Part shown: positions 54,101-64,000 of the stretch, in pieces
Layout of the letters: every line of letters starts with the position of its first letter
How positions within the stretch are numbered: position 1 is the stretch's first letter
DNA from: Geosiphon pyriformis uo1
Lineage: Eukaryota > Fungi > Glomeromycota
NCBI GenBank assembly: GCA_016748015.1
Contig: JAAOMT010000521.1
Location: forward strand, 280,907 to 344,906
Reading direction: 5' to 3'
DNA length: 64,000 bases
Program-made: the position numbers and the translations under genes
The notes under the pieces: generated by a model
Told to the model about the DNA's origin: nothing
Databases searched by the model: none
Seen by the model: only the letters and a program-made list of their open reading frames with translations

Positions 54101-54551
54101 AATAAGAGAAGTAATATTGCTGTTGTCAGCAAGTTTAGCTTAATGAAAACACTTGTTGGTCTTTGGTGTCTTTTTTTTTGAGATTAGAAATTTGTAAAAG
54201 TTTTTTCTGAATTATGAATGGTTCATTAATTGGCCAAAGGTAATATGAGCTAAAGTTTTTATAAAATCTTTAACAATGGAATAGGAACCAGATTTTTGTA
54301 TTATTTCTGGGAATTCTAACTTTAGAAGATTCTTAAAAACTTTAGTCTTTGGTGACTTATTGTTATTAGCAATTAATATAGATGTTTTGTTTGGGTCCAA
54401 AACAAAGTTAATCTTGGCTTTTTTCTTTTTTTTTGTTGATTTAAAGATGTTAATTGCTAGTTTATTCATGTCATAATTATCATCAGTTAGATTAAAAGCA
54501 TAAAAAAAGTTTTTTTTATTGGTTTGTACTCACACTCTTTGGAAGTGTGCC
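48152..54551 (-). mobile_element. Family C Gypsy (3' LTR 48152-48828, ORF3 region, IN, RH, RT, PR; no dUTPase; gag truncated)
   Basis: Minus-strand ORFs 50728-51027 (IN), 51970-52263 (RH), 53699-54088 (PR). Confidence 0.9.
49455..50442 (+). repeat. Solo LTR, family E
   Basis: Decayed TGTTAC/GTAACA ends; TSD ATGT/ATAT; absent from the sister copy near 13570. Confidence 0.85.
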
Positions 54552-55177
54552 TATGCTATTATGAAGTCTATTTCCAAACAATTGATTTTCCTATGTTGCT
54601 ATTTTACAAGAGAATAAAAAAAATAAAAAAATAAAAAAAATAAAATAAAAAATAAAAAATAAGTGTTTTGTCAATAGCCATGATCAAGAGCTATTGTGTC
54701 AGCAGATTAAGTAGTAAATAATAACATGGATTTGAAAAATTAAAGAGATATTTTATTGATATAATTCTATTTTAGTTAATAGTAACTATTCTTGAAAGGA
54801 AGAGTATTTAATAATTATAACCTGTAAATTTAATTAATTCCTAAAAGTTTAATTTTTTTTTTGTCTTTCTAACTTTTACAACTACTTGTTTTTATACATT
54901 TTTTGTTTTATAGGATTGTTTTTTAATTGTTTTGTTCTTGCTAGCTATTGTTTTGCTATTTTTGTTATTACTTTGTTCTTTTATGTTATTACTAGTTATC
55001 TTATATTTTAACTAGTTATTTTATGCTATAATATATTATTGAGTTTTGTATTATGTTATTCTAAGTTATTATGTATTATTCTGTGTTTTTTCATGTTATT
55101 CTGTGTTATTTTATGTTGTCATGTTTTTGGTCATATTTTTTTTATAACTTTGAATTGGTTTTTCTATTTGGATAATA
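54552..55177 (-). repeat. Truncated family E LTR
   Basis: Reverse complement of 49455-50100. Confidence 0.85.
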
Positions 55178-55179
55178 TT

Positions 55180-57250
55180 ACTATTGGCACAATTAATAAA
55201 TATATAATTTATTTTTTTATATCTTATATATTTGGTTAGATTTAACTAAAACCAATACAAATTAGTGCTTTTTAACATAGATATAATTTTTATAATAATG
55301 TTCAATAAATTAACAGAATTAAAACAAATTACAACACATTTGGTTTAAGTATACATAATTAGATAATAATTAATACATGATTTTTTATTTACTAATCCAA
55401 TAAAATTTCAGATATTATAAGCATTTGTTTCTATTAATAATATATAAAACAGTGTTTTATTATAGTTTTTTGCATCTTAAGTTTTCTTGTTTATATTAGT
55501 TTTAGTAATATATATAATATTTTTTCCTATTAAAATAGATTATTTAATTATAACCAAATTAGTATAATCTAATTGTACAAATTCTATTACAGTTTTCTAT
55601 TACAACTTTACTAATTGTATTTGGATTGACTTAATTTCTTTAAATTTGAATAGCACAATATGTACAGTCTTAATTAATGTTTTAATTAGTATTTTCTTGA
55701 CTATTACAGTCTGATTTAAATGTTTAACCAATTTTTTGAGATTAGTATTTATTAAAATTTTTGTATCTTTTGCTTTTTCTGATGTTAGTACTATGCTATT
55801 ACAGATAATTATTTAGAGTGTTAAAACAAATAACAAACTCATAACTTGGTGCTTAATAGCTTGTTAATGATAGTAATTTCTAAAGATTTTGGTTGAATTT
55901 TTTGTATAATAAACAAAAATTTAATTGATAGTTTTTTTTTAATTTTTGTTTTTAGCATAATGGCTGGTTTATTTTGGCAATTGTGCCCTTTTAATAAGCT
56001 ATTCTTAAGTTTTTTACTTTTGTTTTACAGTTTTTTTATCAGACTATTTTACTTAATATTTAAGCTTTTAATCAATTAATAAACAACAAACAAAACAAAA
56101 CAAAACAAAACAAAATAAAATAAAAAATAATAAGAAAAAAAATAAAAAATTAATATCCTGTCAATAATTATAATTAAGAATTATTGGTCCAGTATAGTTA
56201 AGTATTGAGTTTTATTAATATAAAATATTAATAGTATAAAAGTAATTAATATTTTTTAATTAAGTAATGACAATATAAATTGAATAGTAATAAATAATTT
56301 TATTGGTATAATTATGATTCTATTTCAAATTATAGAAAATTATCTTTTGAAAAAAAATATTGAATAATTACTTATTTTTAACTACTGTTCTTGCTATTAT
56401 TCTAAATACTTTTTTGTTTCTAATACTTTTGCTATATATACATAATTTATGTTATATAAAATTTTTTAAAATCCTTTAATTTTTTTAAAAAAATTCTAAA
56501 ATCCTGTAATTTCTTGAGAAAAATTTTAAAATTCTTCTTTTTACTATATTTTTTTCTTATTGGGTATTTTTTATCTATTATGATTTCTATTTCTATAAAT
56601 AATAATATTTAATTTGAAAATAAACATTACTTTAATAATTTTAGCAAATTTTAAAAGAATAAACACTTTTTTAAAACTATTAATGCTTAAAAATAATTTT
56701 TTAATAATTTTAAATTTCTTTTAAACTGAATTATATTCAAATTTAAATTCAGAGCAAATAATTTTTTAACTAAAACTTAAACTAAATCTTTTAAAAAAAA
56801 GTAATACAATCTTATTATTTGTGTTATTAATATTATTTTTATCAAAAAAATTAATTTTCTTTAAAGACTTGTTTACTATTAATTTGGTAATCAGTCTTAT
56901 GTTTTTTGGAATTATGTTAATATTAATTTTAACAATATTATTTTTACTACTATAATCAACACTAATACTTTTAACCAAATAATTTTTTTTTATGTTAATA
57001 CTTTTTGATTTAGTAGTATTACTTATCTTTAACTTTTTATTATTATTATTTATGAATTTTTTTTACCAAATAGCAAAATTAGAACTATTAAAATTATTAC
57101 TTAGAACACTATTTTTGCATTTTTTTTCTTAAAAACAAGCTCTTTCTACATGAATTGACATTAATATTTTTAATAATCTTCTTCATAACTGTAATATTAT
57201 TATTACTAACAATTTTATTATCAAATATAAATGATTTAAAAATATTAAAT
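55180..57250 (-). mobile_element. Highly decayed LINE ORF1 remnant
   Basis: 55530-55790 and 56610-57190 align by eye to 10935-11790; ATG at 57186. Confidence 0.7.
55797..56604 (-). repeat. Solo LTR (A-related) inserted in the LINE remnant
   Basis: Decayed termini; TSD ATGC/ATAT; U5 hairpin block near 56160-56200. Confidence 0.75.
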
Positions 57251-57449
57251 TAAATAATAAAAACAAATAATAAATAAAAAAAAATGACAAAAGCAAAAAA
57301 ACTTTTTTTCTAAAATATAGCTTTTTAAAAATTTGAGAAAAATAGAAAAAAAAGTTTTTTATATTAATAATAATATAAAAAAAGATAAAAAAACTTTTAA
57401 TAATACTATAAATTAATAAGTTATAATTTAATTAAAATAATTTTACCAA

Positions 57450-58250
57450 ATTTAAAAAAAACTGATTTTATAACTAATCTAAAAAAATCTACTGGAATTT
57501 TTTTAATAATTATTTTTTAATTTGTATAACTATTTATTTTTTTTAAATTAATATTTACAAAAATTTTTTATTAATTATTAAAATTTTAATTTAATTCAAA
57601 TTTAATTTAAAAGTAAATATTAATCAAATTACATCATAAATTTTTAAAAAAATAAATGTATTTTTAAACTTATCTATTTGGTAAAAGAGTTTTTTAACAA
57701 TTTAATTTAAATTTTTATTTGTAATTGTTAACATATTAATATTTAATACAAAGAATTTTATTAATATAAAAACTTTTTTTTTAATTGGTAAAAAAATCTG
57801 AAATTTTATATTAATTAATATTGATAAAAAAAAATTTAACACATTGTTATTATTTATATTATTAATTAAAAATAAGTGTAATAATTTTAACAAATTATAA
57901 TTTATAGTATTATATTATCTATTTTTTTATAATTTTTAATTTATTTAAATTTACATAATAAGTTTTCTTTATAATCAAGTTTTCAAATTTTTGATATCTA
58001 AAATACTATTAATACTACTTATTTTGCTGTCTATTTTGTTTTTTTAAAATTAATATAAACTTAAATTAATAATATTTAAAATATTTAAGACCAAAAAATT
58101 AATAGATAAGTTAATTACAATAATAATAATAATATTAAATTTCTTTGTTTTTTTATTAGTATTTTGTATATATATATAAGTAAAAACCATTTTTTTAACA
58201 TAATTGGAATATTATATAATCTTAAAAATATTATATTAAATTTAAAATTT
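57450..58250 (-). mobile_element. Possible further LINE ORF1 relic
   Basis: ORF 57702-57893 IKFFVLNINM resembles RKSFALDIGL of the LINE ORF1; extremely AT-rich. Confidence 0.35.
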
Positions 58251-58652
58251 TTATTATAAGTAATAAATATTTTTTAATTGTTAAAACTTATAAATAAATT
58301 ATTAAGTTTCTGGTAATTAATACAAAATTAAACTTTTTTATTTTTTTTGTAATAAAAACTATTAAAAATAATTATAAACTTAAAAATTCTTAAATTAAGT
58401 TATTGTTATTAAAATTTTTTTTATCTTTAATTATAATTATTTTGTTAATAATAACTTCAATTTTATTGTTTTTATATTGCTATGAAAATTCAATTTAATT
58501 TTATTAATACATTATTGTTTATAAAATGTTCTTAAAAAAATATTACAAAATAATATTCAATTTTAAGTTGTTTAAGCAATTATTATTTAATTTCAGCTGT
58601 AAAAAGTTTTCAGATATAATAATTTAAGTCTTAAGAAATTGTTTAAAACCAG

Positions 58653-59392
58653 TGTTACCGGAGGTTTTTGGTCTCTTTTCTTGAATGTTGTTAATGTCTG
58701 TTTGTTGTGAATTCACGTTTTCTAGAAGTAGTTAAACCTCCAATAACTGAATTTATCTTCAAATTATCTCCTATAATTTGAACTGCTGGGCTTATAAGTG
58801 GAATGGCCAATTCCGTGCCAGTTGCTTTGTGTAGTTACGTTGTAGTAAACGTCAACTCTTTCCCAGGAATTGCTCGTCTGGAAGCTCACTAAAAATGTGT
58901 AGTTACTTTGCTGTGAAAGTCAACTNNNNNNNNNNNNNNNNNNNNCGAATATTTTAATTTTTATTTGATTTTGTAAAAGGTGATTTGTTCCAATTAAGAT
59001 ATTTGAAGTAAGTTACTATGGTAAGATACTATGAGAAGATACATTTTCTTGAAGAGAGAAGCTCTTCTTTTATACAACTTGTTGTAGTACTAGTCTTTGA
59101 ACTTGCACTTTTCTCTTTGCTACAATTTGGGTGAACTAAAGATACATTTCGGCGAACTACAAGTTATTTCACTGAACTATTGATTATTTCGGCCAATTTT
59201 CATTAATTTCGGCGAATTTTGACTATGTTAAATGGTTCAGGGTATTGTGTAATTTGATCATCTTAATTTCTATGGTACAAATCGGATTATTGATTGAGTA
59301 GTGATATTTGATAATTTGATTAAATAATAAGTGGTAATCGAATTATGAGGGTAATTTCATGCTAATTAATAGCTAAAATTCTACTGGTAACA
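58653..59392 (-). repeat. Young family D LTR spanning N gap 58926-58945
   Basis: TGTTACCGG...GGTAACA; exact TSD CCAG; CpG-rich. Confidence 0.92.
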
Positions 59393-60910
59393 CCAGCTTA
59401 AAACTGTTTGTTTAATAATTTCTTACTTTTGTTTGGTTTTTAAAACACATCTTTTTTTGGTTTTATAAATTTAAAAAGTTTATAATAGTTTATTAAAATA
59501 AAAATTTTGTTTTTGCTTGTTTATTATTTTTATAAAATAATACTTTTGAAATTATACATTACAATAAATAATTTTTGCCAAAAAATTAATATTTAATGAT
59601 TTTTTCAAATTGAAATTATTATAAGTGGCTTTTTTTTTCTATATTTTATTCAATTATAAAATTAAAACAATTTTAAATGTTTACAAATTCAAACAAAAAA
59701 GGTAACAATATATCAAAAATAGTCTAAATTTCAAAGTGGACGAAAAAATAATAAAACTTGTTATAAAATTAAATAATTAAACCATTAGAGAGAATATTAA
59801 GGCCAGGATTAATAGAAATTGCATGGATGAAGCTGTCTGCTTGGGTTTTGCGAACCTGTCTTTGCGTCTCATAGACCCAGGAAAATGTCCAATTTGTTGA
59901 TTATTTCTCGAAGCGTTAAGTCCATAGCACATGTTTATCCCTATTATAAAATATTGATGCACATAGGATACGAGACATAAAAAACGATTTTATTATCATG
60001 AAAAATTCTGAGCGCGAATCATGCAATGCTTTACGTGACTAGAAAGAGAGGGCGCATCTTGTTGTCACTGTCCATTACTCCTGATAATTTCGTCTCGTGC
60101 TGTCAGTCGCCTGATCAATAGCTTCATCAGTGAGCCAAACCTAAGCAACCTTGTAAGAGCATCCCAAGACGGACAACAGGTCTATACAACTTTCGTTCGT
60201 CCAGATAGCCGAAACATTATTAAAAGAAGACTTTTTGTTGAAACATTATAGGCTTCAGCCATTTCTATTCCACAACGCCATTTTGCTTTTTTAATTAATA
60301 CAACGCCTTTTGTTCCACCCCAATGTGCTATTAAAGGCAAATCTCAGAGGGTGGTTGGGGTACACCTTGACTAGCAACGTGAGGTTAAGAGTTTTTCGCC
60401 AGCATCACGCTTATTATGCGCTATAATTGTGCTGATTTTCGTCTTGCACTTTTTGCTTCTGGCAGGTGAAGACAATGTTGGCAAGAATATCCTGGGAAAG
60501 TTCATGTCGGAACTTTCATTGCCAAAGAGAACCACGAGTTTTGCAGCTTTGAGAGAGATGTTTTGGAGGTTGAAGGCGAATGGCAGATAGGCAACCACAA
60601 CTTCTGAAACCATTTGCGACTTGCTCGTTCCAATAGGGGCTGCATTTTGGGAAGTTAGTTCGGGTTTCTTTGGCAGAAGTCTTTAAACGTTCACTAACTC
60701 CATATGAATGAATTGATGAAACCAATACCTTAGCGGCAATCTTTCCTTAATTAAGCCAACGACGTAAGGTGTTTTATTGATAAGCATTACTAAGCAACTG
60801 GTTAATATCTTTATTAATAGGCATTTTGCTTTTTTGATATTTGGAAATATTTTTTCGAAAACCGTTTGAGAATTAATATTTAAAGTTATAACATATATAA
60901 ATTAAACATC

Positions 60911-62670
60911 ATGTCTACATTAAATTCAATCTTTGTTCATAAGTCAACTTCAGTTGCAATCATCATTCCTTCTATTCAAAAATCGTTATTACCCCCAATA
61001 TCCCTTACGTATACATCCCTCTTAACTCACATACAATCATTCAAATCCCAACTCATATCGTTAACTTCAATCGCCGCACATGACCCAGTCTCCATAATAC
61101 TTCCAAATTCGATCGAATTTACAATCGTATTTCTGGCCACTACACTTTTACGAAATGTCGCAGCACCATTAAATCCAAACTATACTGAAGAAGAATTTCG
61201 ATTTTACCTTGAGGATTCACAATCAAAAGTTGTGATTCTACCAAAGGGATGGAGTGAAGAGAATCGAGCAGCTGTTAAAGCAGCTCGTCGATTTGATGTT
61301 ATAGTTTTGGAAGTTCAGTGGGATTTTGGGAATGAAGAGATGCTGGTGGAATTGAAGCAAAAGGCTAAAAGAAAAGGAAATCAAGTGACGGATGTTAGTG
61401 CAGAAATTGGTAAACGAATATCGGATAAAGAAGATACCGCTTTGTTGTTGCATACTTCTGGTACAACTGGGCGTCCGAAAGGTGATTGAAATCATAGAAC
61501 TTGTGATTTTTATTAGGGTTAAAGTGATATTTATTTAATTCTTCCTCATTGGAATTTTAGGTGTTCCATTGACGCATAAAAATCTCACGACTACCATGAA
61601 AAATATTGTGAACACTTACAAGCTCACCTCACATGATCGAACGCTATTAGTGATGCCATTGTTTCACGTGCACGGGCTAATGTGTGGATTATTAGCTAGT
61701 TTGTTGGCAGGTGGTATGATAGTTATTCCATCAAAATTTTCAGCTTCTACTTTTTGGAAAGATTTTATAGATTACGGTTGCAGTTGGTATACTGCTGGTG
61801 AGTATAGTTTTTTATTTGATCAATATTAAGAATCTTAATTTCAGTTATATTGATTATTCGACAACATTTAATTCCCTAGTCCCAACGATTCATCAAATTC
61901 TTCTTCAACACCCTCTCCCTCAAACTGGTGTTCCAAAAATTCGATTCATTCGCTCATGTTCCTCTTCATTGGCTCCAGTCACCCTTCACCAATTAGAAGA
62001 AAAATTTAAAGCCCCAGTTTTAGAAGCTTATGCGATGACCGAAGCAGCCCATCAAATGACTTCAAATCCTCTTCCTCCTCTACCTCATAAACCCGGTTCG
62101 GTGGGAATCGGTCAAGGTGTTCAAGTTACCATTCTGGATCAACATGGAAACTCAGCCGAAGAAGGTGAAGTATGTATCAAAGGTCCAAACGTCACTCGTG
62201 GATACATCAATAACCCCACGGCCAACAAATCATCCTTTACAAAAGACGGTTGGTTTCGTACAGGAGATCAAGGAAAATTTGATGCAGACGGATATTTATT
62301 TCTCACTGGTCGTATTAAAGAATTAATCAATCGTGGTGGGGAAAAGATTTCGCCATTAGAAATTGATGGGGTATTATTATCACATCCTAGTCTCTCGGAA
62401 GCTGTTTCATTCGCGGTACCTGATGAAATGTATGGACAAGAAGTTCATGCTGCTGTTGTATTGAAGCACGGTCGATCTATCACCGAAAACGAGTTAAAAA
62501 AATTTTGTGAGACTAAATTGACAAAATTCAAAATACCCAAACGTATTTATTTTACTGAAATTATGCCGAAAACTGCTACAGGGAAGATTCAACGAAAGAA
62601 CGTTAGTGAGAAATTTTTCGGAGGGGGTAGTAAAAGTTCAAAAGAAGGTTACATTAAACCTAAGCTTTAA
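60911..62670 (+). CDS. PCS60: Peroxisomal oxalate/acyl-CoA ligase (ANL family); exons 60911-61481, 61561-61797, 61880-62670; 532 aa
   Basis: LHTSGTTGRPKG, MPLFHVHGL, EAYAMTE, WFRTGDQG, NRGGEKISPLE, PKTATGKIQR. GT-AG introns restore the frame. C-terminal PKL is PTS1-like. Confidence 0.9.
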
Positions 62671-62880
62671 TCAGAATAATTATTAGCATTGTGGCGTAGT
62701 TTAGTTTTTTGAGAAATTGTTTAACGCGCAAATATTTAATATTAAATCCTCTATTGTATTGACTCTTAACCTAATTTAGATGTTCAATCCCATAGCGAAT
62801 TAAGGTTGCATATATAATGTAGATTGTTTATCATCAAAATTTTTAACTGGTAAAGCGTTCCTTCCGACTAGTACGATAAA

Positions 62881-64000
62881 ATGCCACTCCCTCAACCACA
62901 AAAATCAACAGCTCTAGCACATGCTCTCATATTTCAATTCCTAGAATTAAACAAATACCATAAGACACTCGACACCTTACGTGAAGAGACTAGTGAAAAA
63001 CTAACTGAGGGAGATTATGGGGGGTTAAATGGTAGAAGGGGTCCTAGATCGGCAACTCTATTTCAACAACCGCCCGAGACAACATTAATGAGATTAGTAG
63101 AAGAACATTTAATGGCTGGTGTACAAGAAGAGTTCGAGGAAATGAATTTAAATCGGTATATTAAAATGCTAAAAAAATTCATAATTCAAATTTGGTTCAC
63201 TAATCACAAAATTATGTATTTCAAAACTTCATATAAAAAGACAGATGGACCAAGTTTTATTAAATACAACCTCTACACGAACCCCATTATCTTCTACTCC
63301 ATTACACTTACACAGCACATTTTCTCAACTACACACCGGAAACATCCTGGCAGTAAGAGTTCAGAATCTTCCAGCTCTTCAATCCCCGTTCACTAACTCA
63401 TCTTTCACCCAAATAATACCAACATTAATAACCTCTTCATCAGATAAATTAATAAAATTAACTTCTCTCCTCTTCAAAACCACCTTAAACACCCTAAAAA
63501 TTCATCAATCACCTGTTTTATGCTTCGACTTCCATCCTATTTTTAAAATGCTCATGGCATCAGGGTCAATGGATTCCACGGTGATATTGGCAAATGTTGT
63601 GACAAATGAGGTTTTACAAAGATTCAATGATCACGGGAAGTATGTAGTGCATCTGGGGTTTTCTCCTGATGGTAAATTTTTTGCTTCGGCTTCTCATGAT
63701 CATACTGTGAATTTTTATGAAGTTATCGAATCCTCAACTGAATCAACAAGAGCACAGTCACCCTTTGAGTGCCAAATATCTCCGTCATTTCTTCCTCAAA
63801 ATACACTACCAGCTGATCTCAAATACACAAAAATCCACACTCAAATCTTCACTGGAAACATCGAGTCATTCTGTTTCTTACCCGACAACCGACATTTAGT
63901 CGTTGGGATTCGAGAAGATAACTATCTGCACTATATTAAATACAACCCCTATTCCCCTTCTTCCTCTATAAACCCCTCCTCATCTTTCACCACAACAAAA
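62881..64000 (+). CDS. LisH + WD40 repeat protein, 3' partial; exon 62881-63155, intron 63156-63240, exon 63241 to window end
   Basis: LIFQFLELNKYHKTLDTLREE (LisH); HQSPVLCFDFHP, ASGSMDSTV, FSPDGKFFASASHDHTVNFY (WD40); frame open to the end. Confidence 0.85.

Noticed and set aside
59777-60725. Short minus-strand ORFs upstream of PCS60
   Set aside because: No recognisable domain or consistent exon structure
63156-63396. C-terminal half of ORF 62881-63396, and ORF 63717-63899
   Set aside because: Intron read-through and wrong frame; the spliced WD40 frame explains the region

Overview
AT-rich eukaryotic DNA, probably fungal (Glomeromycotina/Geosiphon-like; inferred from protein style, not proven). 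Positions ~1-59400 are a transposon graveyard: decayed Ty3/Gypsy LTR retrotransposons nested five levels deep (families called A/B, C, D and E here), solo LTRs, and LINE copies, one with a recognisable RNase H. All are riddled with C>T/G>A transitions. From ~59800 the DNA is normal CpG-containing host sequence with two intron-containing genes: a peroxisomal oxalate/acyl-CoA ligase (PCS60-like) and a LisH-WD40 protein. The main finding is the shared Gypsy architecture: LTR-PBS-[long N-extension/Gag-protease-Cys cluster-(dUTPase)-RT-RNase H]-STOP-[separate integrase ORF]-[non-env ORF3]-PPT-LTR. TSDs are 4 bp. U3 motif arrays are family-specific and co-vary with ORF3, and U5 carries conserved RNA hairpins. 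Comparisons were made by eye; coordinates of decayed ORFs are approximate.
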